A DNA stretch of 64,000 bases from positions 1,550,001 to 1,614,000 of the forward strand of contig JAQOWU010000008.1 in the NCBI GenBank assembly GCA_030867685.1, given 5' to 3'. The notes under the pieces were generated by a model. It saw nothing but the letters and a program-made list of their open reading frames with translations. It was not told the origin of the DNA and searched no databases. This document shows, one piece after another, positions 22,991 through 35,240 of the stretch (position 1 is the first letter of the stretch; every line of letters begins with the position of its first letter). This stretch comes from Wickerhamiella versatilis. Taxonomy: Eukaryota. The translations under genes were made by a program, and so were the position numbers.

Positions 22991-23530
22991 TTACTTAGGT
23001 GTCCAAAGCGTATGTGTGTATTGAACTCCGTCCTCCTCTCTCTCAATCTCGACCGGAAATCCCACGTATTCAGAGACAGCCTCGTCAACCTGGCGAACCC
23101 AATCCTCTCTTTTCCACTCGAAAAATGTATCACAATCGAAATTATGATGGATTTGGGTTAATACTATGGCTGTGGCTTTAGAAATTGCCGCTTTATACAG
23201 CTCGGCACCGCCAATGATATAGATACGTCCCGAGACTTTAGAAATCGCCTCATCGAGACTTGTAGCTGTTAAAACTCCTTCGGGAACATCTAATTTTGGA
23301 TTTCTAGAGACGACAATATTGGTCCTGTTGGGAAGTGGGCGGAATTTCTCGGGTATAGACTCCCAGGTGCGTCTACCCATAACAACGGTATGGCCAGTAG
23401 TCGCACGTCTGAAAAAAGCCATCTCAGACTTAAGGAACCATGGGAGCCTTCCATTCTTGCCAATACCCATTGCAGGCCACGTGGCCGCAAGGATCAAACT
23501 CAAGCCCGGCACGGTGCCTGACTGTGTCAT
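22991..23530 (-). CDS. DFR1: Dihydrofolate reductase
   Basis: GIGKNGRLPW, VVMGRRTWESIP, RPLPNRTNIVVSR, IIGGAELY. Start 23530 or slightly upstream. Confidence 0.95.
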   Translation of the reverse strand: MTQSGTVPGLSLILAATWPAMGIGKNGRLPWFLKSEMAFFRRATTGHTVVMGRRTWESIPEKFRPLPNRTNIVVSRNPKLDVPEGVLTATSLDEAISKVSGRIYIIGGAELYKAAISKATAIVLTQIHHNFDCDTFFEWKREDWVRQVDEAVSEYVGFPVEIEREEDGVQYTHTLWTPK

Positions 23531-23627
23531 CAAGAGAACTAGGGACTGGTGCATACCACTCATATAAAACTGGATAAGCTTTTTTACATCTAAAGCTCTA
23601 AAGCATCTGGTCTAAAACGAAGCTTGC

Positions 23628-25304
<1,677 letters not shown>

Positions 25305-25783
25305 TTAAAGTAATCCCATAGCTTATCTATCTCTCATAGTTGAATCCTATTTCCCTCCAGACAAAATGCTCTGCAAGGTCGATCTAAGGCATAGCTGTTA
25401 ATCTAACGTGAATGTTTAGTCATGCAGTCGACCTCTATCAGGAGCGCGTCTGGGTGGTGTGAATGGTTGTAAAAGATGACATTGGCTTGGTTTTCTTTTC
25501 TTATATTTCGTAGACAAGGAGATACCCCGAGGTATTGTCTCTTATGCACGGCTAGTTAAACCTCTATGTAAACCTCAGCTTGCAGTTAATATGCTATCAT
25601 ATTAATCAATCTAGTCATACCACTAGAGACAGGTCTGGCATTCCCGACCGCATTGAATTAAACCTAACTAGTTTTTCCGAAAGCTCTAATTCCTTGCCAT
25701 ATATCTATTTTTATTAATTATGCTCGCTTATTTCGCTTGAAACACATGTGCGCTGACACTTGGGACTTGGTTGTTTACGTGTC

Positions 25784-28189
25784 ATGAGTGCCGCTCGGGT
25801 GAAAAGTGTACTTAGTGGAGACACGATAGTTCTCTCTGTTGAAGGACAAGAAAAACTTCTGGGGTTGGCTTATATTGCCTCCCCTCGGTTAAGTTCTCAT
25901 GAGGCCGGTGGCTTTGAGGCTCGTGAGTCCATGCGTCAGTTGATGGTGGGCAAGACGGTGAATTTCAAGATTTTGTATAGTGCACAAGGCCGAGACTATG
26001 CTGATATTTCCAGTCCTGTCTTCGACTCTTTAGTCGAGCGGCAATTACATGCTGGTTGGGCTAAGCTCCGCGAAGACGCACCAGTGAAGCCAGGATGGGC
26101 TGCCTACAGTGGCCGGCTGGAGAAGGCGCAGTCAGAGGCCCAGCTCGAGCAGAATGCACTTTGGGACCTTGGAAACTTGCCAAAACCTGTGCAATTGGTG
26201 ACAGAGCTTCCGGCGGATGTGATTGGAAGTAACCGCCGGGTACCATCCATTGTTGAGAAGGTGCTGGGTGCGGATAGATTTAGCCTTAGGGCGTTGCTGG
26301 ATCCTGGATATCATTATATGGGAGTCGTGCTGGTTGCGGGGATCCGGGCCCCAAGCGATGCCGCAAAGTCATTTGTGCAAGCGCGATTGTTGCAGCGTTC
26401 GGTAAGAGCGGTGTTTGTAGGTGAAGGTCCTGGCAACCACCCTTTGGTGACCATAATCCATCCGGTTGGTGATATCGCCAAGCTCCTTGTATTACAAGGC
26501 CTCGCTGACGTCGCTCCGAACCATGCAGCGAGCGTCGGAAGTGCACGATTTGCTGAATTGAAGGAGGCTCAGGGACAAGCAGCAAAGGTTCGGAGAGGTA
26601 TATGGGCGACTCGGGTTCCGGCCACCTCTGACGAGTATGTTGCGACAGTGGTAAAGGTCATTTCGGCCGATACCTATGTACTCGATAACGGGAAATTGGT
26701 TTCCCTTGCCTCCGTGCGGGGTCCTCGGCGCAATGACTCGCAGCAAGAGCTCTGGTTTGAAGCCGCACGGGATTACGTCCGTAAAGAGCTCGTTGGAAAT
26801 AAAGTTACCGTGAAGCCCATAGTGCCTGTGAAAAGCTCAGCCCCCCAGGCCCAATCCCAGGCCCAGGATTCGCAGCATCCACAGCAGGAAGAAAGGGAAA
26901 GAGCCCACGTTTATTTGAACCATCGCGATATCGCTCTTGACCTGGTTGAGAAGGGTTGGGCGACTGGCACCCAGCGTGGCGGTGAGCTGGCCGAGCCTGA
27001 ATCGCGGGCCCGCCAGGCAAAGAAGGGTATGTTCAACCCTCGCACTCCTGACTCTGCAGGCCGCATTGTGGATGCAAGTGAAAATGCTGCCCACGCAAGA
27101 TCTTTCCTATCTGGGTTTATTCGCCGGGGCAAAATATCAGGTGTTGTTGAGGCGGTTAGTGGAGGAGGTAGACTGCGTATTTACATCCCATCAGAACACG
27201 TTATGATTGCAACTGTTCCTGATGGACTGCGTGTGAATAGGGCCGACTCCGGCGTGCGCGATTTCCTCACCCGCCATTGGTTGCAGCGCGATGTTACAGT
27301 GGTTGTTAGGCAGGTCGATAAGACGGGTGCATTCATAAGTAGTGTCACGAAGAAAAATACTTCCTTGAATGTTCAACTAGCACAGGAAGGTTTCGGTGAG
27401 GTTCATGAACCTTCTGCCATCGAATCGGGCCTTGTTGACCGCCTCGAGGCTGCTCAAAGCTCAGCCCAAGACTCGAAACGTGGAATGTGGGGAAAGGTTG
27501 AAAGTACAGATACGCAGGCTAAGAAGCCTTCAGAAACCCCCGCAGTGCCTAAAAGTGAAGATGCCTATGTCACTGCGATCTCAGGCATCGAGATAAGCTT
27601 CCGCCCAGTTTCTAGCAATGAGCAGCTAAAGAAGCTCGAGTCTGAACTTGCCCGTCTGCCACCGGCTCAGGCCAACTACAAGCCCAGAAGGGGTGAACTT
27701 GTCTGTGTCTCTGGAGGATCAGTAAAACTAGCTCGTGCAAAGATCCTTGGCGGTTCTCGCGATGCCCATGAGTTGCTTCTTGTGGACTATGGCCGTCGGA
27801 TCCAGCAAAATTCATCTTTGACGTTGAAGCCTGTTCCACAGCCGCTGGCGCAGGTGCCCCCGTTGGCGCGCTCTGCAGTTCTCCGAGGTATTTCTGCCCC
27901 GCCCAAGGACTACGCTTCAGACTTGAAGAAGTTTGTGCAAGAGGAAGTCAATGAAAAAACTCCTGTTGTCATCTCACATGACTCTCAGGGATACGTAACA
28001 GTCTACACCGAGAATTCAAGATCAGCAGCAGATAGCCTCAATGCTCGACTTGTTGACAATGGCTGTGCTTCAGTACCAACGGCACAGGCCTCTGAGAATC
28101 CTGGTTTATTGGATCTCCAAAAGGCAGCGATGGCTGATCACGTAGGCATGTGGGAGTATGGTGATCCCCGAAGCGATGATGATCTTTGA
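25784..28189 (+). CDS. SND1: Tudor staphylococcal nuclease (Snd1/p100)
   Basis: Repeated SNase domains (VKSVLSGDT, VKVISADT), a Tudor remnant (VDYG), and the C-terminus GMWEYGD. ATG at 25784. Confidence 0.9.
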   Translation: MSAARVKSVLSGDTIVLSVEGQEKLLGLAYIASPRLSSHEAGGFEARESMRQLMVGKTVNFKILYSAQGRDYADISSPVFDSLVERQLHAGWAKLREDAPVKPGWAAYSGRLEKAQSEAQLEQNALWDLGNLPKPVQLVTELPADVIGSNRRVPSIVEKVLGADRFSLRALLDPGYHYMGVVLVAGIRAPSDAAKSFVQARLLQRSVRAVFVGEGPGNHPLVTIIHPVGDIAKLLVLQGLADVAPNHAASVGSARFAELKEAQGQAAKVRRGIWATRVPATSDEYVATVVKVISADTYVLDNGKLVSLASVRGPRRNDSQQELWFEAARDYVRKELVGNKVTVKPIVPVKSSAPQAQSQAQDSQHPQQEERERAHVYLNHRDIALDLVEKGWATGTQRGGELAEPESRARQAKKGMFNPRTPDSAGRIVDASENAAHARSFLSGFIRRGKISGVVEAVSGGGRLRIYIPSEHVMIATVPDGLRVNRADSGVRDFLTRHWLQRDVTVVVRQVDKTGAFISSVTKKNTSLNVQLAQEGFGEVHEPSAIESGLVDRLEAAQSSAQDSKRGMWGKVESTDTQAKKPSETPAVPKSEDAYVTAISGIEISFRPVSSNEQLKKLESELARLPPAQANYKPRRGELVCVSGGSVKLARAKILGGSRDAHELLLVDYGRRIQQNSSLTLKPVPQPLAQVPPLARSAVLRGISAPPKDYASDLKKFVQEEVNEKTPVVISHDSQGYVTVYTENSRSAADSLNARLVDNGCASVPTAQASENPGLLDLQKAAMADHVGMWEYGDPRSDDDL

Positions 28190-28297
28190 ACGTATTTGCA
28201 TGTACATATAACTAGCCCAATTTATTGTTTAACTTTGTCAAAGACTAAGACCGTTCCAGTTAGATAATCAATACGCCCATGCACTAATATTTAGCCC

Positions 28298-28813
28298 ATG
28301 GGGGAGCGTGTAGTAGAGAAAATTGTTCGCCAACGCATTTATGGTAGCTTTTATTGGAAGTCTCAGTGTTTTGGGCTAAATGCTGCCACACTTTGTGATC
28401 GTGCGGTTGAGCTGACCGAAATTGGGGGGTTATTTGCGAATCAAAAACCAACGCCATTCTTATGTCTTGTTCTTAAACTTGTTCTGATACAACCAAGCCG
28501 AGAAATTATTGAGGAGATGTTAAATCAATCATATTTCAAGTACCTCACAGCAGTGGCTGCTTTCTATGTAAGACTATGCTATTCATCAAGAGATGTTTTT
28601 CAACTTCTCGAACCTCTTCTTGCCGACTATCGTAAAATCAGGTTTCAGAGGCATTCTAATATTATTCTTTGGCATATTGATGAGTTTATTGATGCACTTT
28701 TGAATGAGGAACGCGTATGCGATCTTGCCCTACCACGCCTAGCATCCCGAGCGCGGTTGGAAGAGATCGGGCTACCGCCACGACAGGCATTGGTTGATTG
28801 GGAACCATCATAG
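28298..28813 (+). CDS. PRP38: Pre-mRNA splicing factor Prp38
   Basis: EKIVRQRIYGSFYWKSQCFGLNA, KPTPFLCLVLKL, LEPLLADYRK, HIDEFIDALL. Confidence 0.92.
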   Translation: MGERVVEKIVRQRIYGSFYWKSQCFGLNAATLCDRAVELTEIGGLFANQKPTPFLCLVLKLVLIQPSREIIEEMLNQSYFKYLTAVAAFYVRLCYSSRDVFQLLEPLLADYRKIRFQRHSNIILWHIDEFIDALLNEERVCDLALPRLASRARLEEIGLPPRQALVDWEPS

Positions 28814-29761
28814 TGACCTTACCAGCTCTGCATGTCCAGCGTAGTGGGATAAAAATCTTGCGCGATACCGATTGAGCTCTGCCAACCAGGTATTATACTT
28901 CGTAGTGGCAAGAGGTAGAGTTTCGTGAGGTGCCATTCCATTCATCATATCCAATACCTCACGATACACTTCACCAAGTATTTCACAGGTCTCTAAATTT
29001 GGCGGAATGGCGTTAATGCTGATTTCAGTTGCTAGTTGACGTACGAGATAAAGATCGCGGTAGTCCTCCCAGCGGATGCGGATAGCCTCGTTATAGCAAT
29101 CCGCCAAACATGTTGCGGCAAAAAAATCAATGCTCTCTGTCTTGGACTGATTGAAAAGATGCAAGGCTCCAACCGGGTCATGAAACCCTCGACGAAGTGT
29201 CTTCATACAGTGCGTTAGTATCTCACAAGCAGTTTCGGGACAAACTATAGGCTCCGGACCTGTCATTTCTTGTTTTCCGTGTTGGTCCAATGGCTTCATT
29301 GTGAATCTTGGAACGACCGTCTTAAGATAGTATTCTGACACAGCTTTGTTCGTCGGTAGATTTTTCACATGGCGTAGAACTGGATTTAGAGCTCTTCGAA
29401 TTTTAGCACGGCGCTCTAGAAATTCTCTAGGCTCTTTGAGACCTGTAGAATTAGGTGACACTTGATCAAGTAATGATGCAATAGGTGATCTTTCCTCAAT
29501 AGACGGAGTAACATGTCTTGGCCTCTCTCGCTGTATTCTACGGTTTTGGTCAAACAACTGATGAATTGTAGATGTGACTGGTGTCTTGGACTGGCTTTGT
29601 CGTGGTGCTGCAGAAGAATTCAGAACAGAGTCGAGTATGCCATGGAATATCAGCTTGTTAGCCTGGTCTGCATCCTCATAATGATGAGGACCAGTGCTAC
29701 TTGAAGGCGCCTCGCTCTTCTGCGCAAAATGTCTTACTAGTTGCAGAGTCCGCCGTCGCAT
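28808..29761 (-). CDS. Mtf2/Nam1-like mitochondrial RNA factor
   Basis: Presequence; C-terminal block FHDPVGALHLF...CYNEAIRIRWEDYRDL resembles the Mtf2 domain. Confidence 0.6.
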   Translation of the reverse strand: MRRRTLQLVRHFAQKSEAPSSSTGPHHYEDADQANKLIFHGILDSVLNSSAAPRQSQSKTPVTSTIHQLFDQNRRIQRERPRHVTPSIEERSPIASLLDQVSPNSTGLKEPREFLERRAKIRRALNPVLRHVKNLPTNKAVSEYYLKTVVPRFTMKPLDQHGKQEMTGPEPIVCPETACEILTHCMKTLRRGFHDPVGALHLFNQSKTESIDFFAATCLADCYNEAIRIRWEDYRDLYLVRQLATEISINAIPPNLETCEILGEVYREVLDMMNGMAPHETLPLATTKYNTWLAELNRYRARFLSHYAGHAELVRSL

Positions 29762-30040
29762 AAATATATGTGTGTGATGAATAAAATTTGGGAGTCAGGC
29801 ACCCAAGTACAAGGTCAAAAAAATTCATTATTCTAGATTCAAGCTATTTTAAAATTTGTTCTGACGGATTTTTCCTGTCTAATTTACTTTTAATGGCACA
29901 TATATCCTCGAAGTTCTTTGAATTCTCTAAGTGCTATAGTATAGTTACCTATAGATATATAGCGTACGGGAAACATACCAAACTATCTCCCCGCTATCTA
30001 CACATAAATTTGAAGTCACTGTATGTTCTAACGATTACAC

Positions 30041-31624
30041 TTATGCCATGTGTCTATCCGCAGTTCGAGGTCGAGCCCTGATAATATTGTCAACCCTTAA
30101 CAACATTTCGGCTGCCTCTGACGCTGAAGAAACAGCAGCATCCTTAAGCTTATAACTTTCGACAATTCCACGGGAACGCATGTCAGCAATGTCTCCGTTA
30201 TCAAGATCCAGGCCTACTGTATTCATGCCATTGTAAACTGCAGCACGCAGCCGAGCGACAAGGTCATTGCTGTCAAGACCTGCGTTATCTGCTAGAATAG
30301 TAGGGATCTGTCTAAGTGCTGTGGCAAATGCTTCAACAGCCAGTGCGGTCTTGCCCTGTTCGTTGTGAGCAGCTGCATCCACAGCACGAGCCATGATCAT
30401 TTCGGCACATCCTCCCCCCAGTGTAGTTCTAGGTTCCTTCACGGTTTGAGACAATACTGATAGTGCATCATGCAGAGACCGCTTTGACTCTTCGAGAACC
30501 TGATCGGTAGCCCCACGGAGTACTACGGTGCATGCTTGGCCAGCAGCCACTTTGTTGAATTTCAAGAGAGTGTCATCACCGATCATGATCTCCTCAACGC
30601 TCTCGCAATGCCCAAGCTTGACCTTCTCGGGGTTATCAAATGTTGAAACGACTTCAGCGCCGGTAACCAGAGCAAGACGCTCAACTCCGGCAAAGTCGGC
30701 GTGCTCAACTGTGTTGACTTTAGCGTCGGTCAGTAGTTGCTCTGGATAATTGTAGATAAGCTGCCTGTTCACGAATAAATCGATTTTATGATCGACAATC
30801 TTTGCTACCTTGGCCTTCATCTTTTCCTTCTCTGCACGCTCGAGTTCAGCAAGTTTCGAAGTAGAATCAACCCGAATCTTGGCGCCGAAAATTTTCACCT
30901 TATCTGTATCCATCGAGGTATTTGCAACAAGTATTTTGACGCCACCAGTCAATTTCTTTGGTTGATGCACACCAAACCGTTTGTCCATAATGAACCCTTC
31001 ATCCAGGTACGAGTCGGAAAGATTTCCACCTAGTTTGGTGATCACCTGTATGTGTTCAAGGTTTGTACTACCCTTCAATCTCAATACAGCATCCACTGCA
31101 AGCTTTGCGAAGTGCTCTTTGTCCTGTGCCAAAATTTTACTACTGAGGGTGGTACGGGCTATGGAGAGGAGATCTTCCCGGAACTGAGCATCCTCCTCGT
31201 TCCTGTTGAATGCTACTTCCTCGAGTGCCTTAAGAGCTGCTTGTCTTGCTATACGGTATCCAGCTATGATGGTCTGAGGATGTATACGGCGTGCTACAAG
31301 CTTCTCGGCTTCCCGTAGAAGCTCTGCGGCGAGGACTGTGACAGTGGTCGTACCATCACCTACTTCTTCATCCTGCACCTTTGAAATATTAACTAGTACT
31401 TTGGCCGCTGGGTTGTTGAATGGAATAGACTGGAGGATTGTTGCACCGTCATTGGTGACGAGCGCCTCGGGTCTTGACTGCGACTGCAAGAGTTTGTCCA
31501 TGCCCTTTGGCCCGAGTGTCGTCTTGACAAGATCTCCAACAGCTATCGCACCAACGAAGGCATTTAGACGTGCATTCTCCCCGCGTTCTTCAGTGACATC
31601 GTCACCCAAAATTGGAACTGACAT
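30041..31624 (-). CDS. CCT2: CCT/TRiC chaperonin beta subunit
   Basis: [28 protein letters not shown]. Confidence 0.97.
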   Translation of the reverse strand: MSVPILGDDVTEERGENARLNAFVGAIAVGDLVKTTLGPKGMDKLLQSQSRPEALVTNDGATILQSIPFNNPAAKVLVNISKVQDEEVGDGTTTVTVLAAELLREAEKLVARRIHPQTIIAGYRIARQAALKALEEVAFNRNEEDAQFREDLLSIARTTLSSKILAQDKEHFAKLAVDAVLRLKGSTNLEHIQVITKLGGNLSDSYLDEGFIMDKRFGVHQPKKLTGGVKILVANTSMDTDKVKIFGAKIRVDSTSKLAELERAEKEKMKAKVAKIVDHKIDLFVNRQLIYNYPEQLLTDAKVNTVEHADFAGVERLALVTGAEVVSTFDNPEKVKLGHCESVEEIMIGDDTLLKFNKVAAGQACTVVLRGATDQVLEESKRSLHDALSVLSQTVKEPRTTLGGGCAEMIMARAVDAAAHNEQGKTALAVEAFATALRQIPTILADNAGLDSNDLVARLRAAVYNGMNTVGLDLDNGDIADMRSRGIVESYKLKDAAVSSASEAAEMLLRVDNIIRARPRTADRHMA

Positions 31625-31736
31625 GCGTGTGCTTACGTTGATATGTCAGTCTACTAGAAGTACTAATGGATAGTTACTAGAGGTTTGGACCCCCAGGTGG
31701 TTTTATTTAGAGATTAAACGTTCGATTTTTTAAGGG

Positions 31737-32099
31737 TTACTGTCTTTGCAACGTCCACGATTTTTCTAGAGCCACCGGTTGGGTTGAGAGTACAATGTTC
31801 AGACCTAATTTTCGATGATGCGTCTTTGGTGGCAATAGAGGATTCAACGGATTAGAAGGCGTGCTAACAGTATCTTTGACTTGCATTTGGTTATATTGGT
31901 AGATTTGGATGTTGTCTTTCGCTAATATCCTCTTTGCCATCTCTGCCACAGCTACTGTCTTCTGAAATATTTCTTCTGCATTCTGCAGCATCACAACTTT
32001 GCCCCCTTTGACCAGCCGTGCCACTCGAGACGCTTTATCACCAGCGGCATCTCCTTGATGAATCGCTATGCTCTCAGCATCCGCAAGAGCTACGGCCAT
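31737..32099 (-). CDS. Alba-fold protein, Pop6/Rpp25-like RNase P/MRP subunit
   Basis: QKTVAVAEMAKR...YQYNQ...LNIVLSTQPV pattern. First ATG at 32099. Confidence 0.55.
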   Translation of the reverse strand: MAVALADAESIAIHQGDAAGDKASRVARLVKGGKVVMLQNAEEIFQKTVAVAEMAKRILAKDNIQIYQYNQMQVKDTVSTPSNPLNPLLPPKTHHRKLGLNIVLSTQPVALEKSWTLQRQ

Positions 32100-32582
32100 C
32101 CCTTGGGTCCACCGCTGCTGACGAGAATTCAACTAAGGCACCTTATGGAAAGATAGCCCTCAAATCCCCCTTGGTAATATTGTATTTGTGAATTTTTAAT
32201 TGTGCTTTGTTGATGTTGTGTTTTATTTCGCGTATGTACGTTAAGTATGTATTCATTCAAATAATGGCAGGAATAATTCGCCGTTCGCTGTTCGCTTGTC
32301 TCTTGTCTTTTTTTATTCATTTTTTTGTTTATTATAATTTCTAGTGTCCGTCGTATCACGACCAAACCCTTTGGGTCATTAATGCGAATATGATTTTTTG
32401 GAAAAAAATTGTATTAGTATAATGTCAAATTAGACTACATAAAAAATGATAATGTATGTAACACCCGGGAGACAATAGCAGCTTAAAACGTGAGCCTAAT
32501 ATATCTCAAATAAATGCCTATAGAAAACGATTAAATGCAGAATATGATAAATATATATGGGACTGAGAGAAGAACATTAACA

Positions 32583-33728
32583 TCAATTGGAGACATCAGC
32601 GCCTGCGTTGCTGTCTCCCATGGGGGGTTGTTTAGAAAGCGATTTTCGCTGATTCCATATTAGCAGTGCTCGCATTCGGTTCACTATTTGGCGCCTTGGG
32701 GTCTTTTGGAGCTTATAGGGTAATTGCTTCTTGACGTGATCGACAGCTTGAGTAGGGTCAACATCAAAAGTCACGACATCGGCCATTGCCGTTTCCAGAG
32801 CTGTCCATTCCTCGATACTCCAATCCTCTGTATTTGGTCTAGTATGCTTGGTTGTGAATGTAAGCGGGACCCTACCGCTGGTGGACCGATCGTTTTTAGT
32901 TACTCGACTTGACGTTTGGGCGGAGGATGGTATTGACTGGGTTTCCGGCGCTCGTGGCGTTGAAGACACCAAAGGAGAGGCTGATCTATCCATATGTGGC
33001 TGGTTTCCTTCGTGAGGCACATTCATCCTCGTTGACGACATAGACGACGACGATCCCTGAGAGACAGGGATGCTTCGCAGATGCCTTGGTGGAGTTACAC
33101 TGTCATAGGAAGAAGCATGAGATACCGGTCTCTTCGCAGGAGCTTTAAGGTGGCTACTCGGGTTCTCATCTGAAGTCCTCTCTTTCCTAGGAAATCCACG
33201 CGACAGCGGGTGCGTTGACCGATAATTGGTACCAGAATTTACACTCTTAGCAACGTCTGGTGCCATTTGAATACTGAACTCATTTCTCTTAGACTCGTCA
33301 AGGTGGGGAGAGGGCTGCAGAACTGGCGGACTAATCGTGGGTGGACCCTGCAGATGGGTGCGGTGGGTACTATTCGGCCGTTGTGGCTCAGTATCACGAA
33401 CAGAGCTCAAGTAGTCCCGCATACGCTGTAAAATATTAGCGGTACTAGTCGAGCCATTGTCAAATCTTGATTCCGGTGCCTTATGGGGGGCTCGCAAGGA
33501 TGAGGCTGGAGCCATTGTGGGCAAGCCCCGTGAAATATGTGGACTATGAAACTCAGGTGGTGAATGCATGTGTGAAATTCTCTTCCGCTTATCAGCGCTG
33601 AAGTCTTCTGACAACTGCCTCACTCTCTTCGCAGAACTCTGAAGAACGTCAAACTGAGGGGTGCGTCTTGGTGGTGTGATTTGTGCATCCTGGCGTGGCG
33701 TCTGAGAATCTTCGGACCCGCCTTCCAT
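32583..33728 (-). CDS. Uncharacterised S/P-rich protein with a small C-terminal helical domain (WSIEEWTALE)
   Basis: Long ORF filling the gap between genes, with many SP/TP sites. Start 33728 or 33797. Confidence 0.6.
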   Translation of the reverse strand: MEGGSEDSQTPRQDAQITPPRRTPQFDVLQSSAKRVRQLSEDFSADKRKRISHMHSPPEFHSPHISRGLPTMAPASSLRAPHKAPESRFDNGSTSTANILQRMRDYLSSVRDTEPQRPNSTHRTHLQGPPTISPPVLQPSPHLDESKRNEFSIQMAPDVAKSVNSGTNYRSTHPLSRGFPRKERTSDENPSSHLKAPAKRPVSHASSYDSVTPPRHLRSIPVSQGSSSSMSSTRMNVPHEGNQPHMDRSASPLVSSTPRAPETQSIPSSAQTSSRVTKNDRSTSGRVPLTFTTKHTRPNTEDWSIEEWTALETAMADVVTFDVDPTQAVDHVKKQLPYKLQKTPRRQIVNRMRALLIWNQRKSLSKQPPMGDSNAGADVSN

Positions 33729-33874
33729 GACAGCAATTAATACCTCCTCGTAGTTCTCGTTCGGTATGCCTAACTTAGACTTGTTTACCCACCACATTAC
33801 TAACCAATTCTATATTCAAGCGCTAGATGGGCAAGGGTATGCAAGGTATACCCTAAAGTGGTTCCTGATGAATG

Positions 33875-34894
33875 CTACTTATCGTGACCAAATTTAGTTG
33901 TGCCTTGATCCTCAGGGCGGGGAAGCCTGCCTGCTTCAACACCTTTAGCAAGGTACTCATAGGTATCAACCAGACTTGCCCATAGATGGTCACCGAAAGT
34001 TGTCGCTGGATAGTCTTTACTTTGGGTGTCAAACTGAGGTAACGGCTTGACTTCTGTTCTATGGTCACAGGAGAAAAATAGGGGAAAAGAGTAACGTTCC
34101 TCTTTCACCTTGCGTACACGGTGAGATGTTGCTACGAATTGACCACCTGTCATAGATTCAAGGGTATCTCCAATATTTACAACAAAAGTCCCAGGGAGGG
34201 GAGATGCATCAATCCACTCACCACTTTCATTCATTACTTCTAAACCAGGATTCAATGCAAGAAGGATGGTGAAAGCTTCATAATCAGTATGGCTGCTGAT
34301 TCCTAGTGCATCAGTATTCTGATCGTTAGGAGGATAATGAATCATACGAAATAAACTCGGCGGATTCTTTATTTCTTCACTAAAAGCGTCTTCAGATAGT
34401 CCCAATGCCAAGGCAAAACCACGCCACAAATGCTTTCCCAAGTCCTGGATCCCCAAGAAATATTCGCTGGCGTTTTCCCTGAATCCTGGAACATCAGGCC
34501 AGTTTATGGGACCTAAAAGCGGATACTTTTGATTCAATACGCGTGGGTTATCAGGTGAAAGGTCCTCACTAAGGTCAAAAGCTTCCTTAAGATCAGGAAT
34601 CTGGCTACCGAACCTCTCCTCACCCCGGGGCACATACCCGTTATGATATCCATTTGATCCAATGTAGTATTGCCTTTTATATTGGTCTGGCATACTAAAG
34701 AATTTCTTTGCTGACTCTACAATCCCGTCAATTGCTTTCATCGGAACTTGATGACCTTTGACAATGAAAAAGCCAACATTTCGAGAGGCATTACCGATTT
34801 CAGCAGCGACAGCTTCAAAATCTTCCCGTTTATTACTATAGAGCCCACTTACATCAATAACAGGTATTGACTTGAATCTTTTGCGGTCTTCCAT
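33875..34894 (-). CDS. Isopenicillin N synthase-family 2OG-Fe(II) dioxygenase (bacterial-like)
   Basis: IPVIDVS N-terminus, HTD...H iron triad (SHTDYE, TSHRV), RYS 2OG-binding motif. Probable ATG at 34894 (339 aa). Confidence 0.92.
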   Translation of the reverse strand: MEDRKRFKSIPVIDVSGLYSNKREDFEAVAAEIGNASRNVGFFIVKGHQVPMKAIDGIVESAKKFFSMPDQYKRQYYIGSNGYHNGYVPRGEERFGSQIPDLKEAFDLSEDLSPDNPRVLNQKYPLLGPINWPDVPGFRENASEYFLGIQDLGKHLWRGFALALGLSEDAFSEEIKNPPSLFRMIHYPPNDQNTDALGISSHTDYEAFTILLALNPGLEVMNESGEWIDASPLPGTFVVNIGDTLESMTGGQFVATSHRVRKVKEERYSFPLFFSCDHRTEVKPLPQFDTQSKDYPATTFGDHLWASLVDTYEYLAKGVEAGRLPRPEDQGTTKFGHDK

Positions 34895-34936
34895 GATTGC
34901 AATGTGAAGAAAATGGATGTGAGACACCGCTGACTG

Positions 34937-34953
34937 TAAATTCCGGGGCGGGG
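34937..34953. promoter_or_regulatory. Mig1/CreA-like GC box with AT flank
   Basis: TAAATT-CCGGGG overlapping GCGGGG, ~45-60 nt upstream of the oxygenase ATG. Confidence 0.35.
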
Positions 34954-35240
34954 TCGGATCTCTGAAATATTCAATTACATCCATATTGTGTCTGTACCTG
35001 AACTTGAGTATTCTGATAATATCGTGTGGCATATTCATTTCATAACCGTTGAAGCTAGAATCAGAGAAAAAAAAGTTTCCTTTACTCGCTCTACTCATTA
35101 TTCATGTTCGCTTTATACACATCTACTCATGATGGTAAAACCTTTACGGCTTGAATAATGAACGTATCATTTAGATCCGACCAAAATTTAAAATCAAGAT
35201 ATTGCTAGATTAAAACGGGACCAAGTAGGGCAATGCTGAC

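Noticed and set aside
25541-25551. CTTATGCACGG resembling the 5' end of yeast U4 snRNA
   Set aside because: Only 11 nt match; no 5' stem-loop, stem I or Sm site follows.
29774-29864. GTGATGA...CTGA, spaced like a C/D snoRNA
   Set aside because: No terminal stem or recognisable rRNA guide, and it lies in the MTF2-like promoter.
34895-35098. 68-aa N-terminal extension of the oxygenase in the ORF track (similar extensions on MET10, SSD1, END3, SND1 and Gid7-like)
   Set aside because: Family similarity begins at a downstream ATG; the extensions look like open promoter or UTR sequence.
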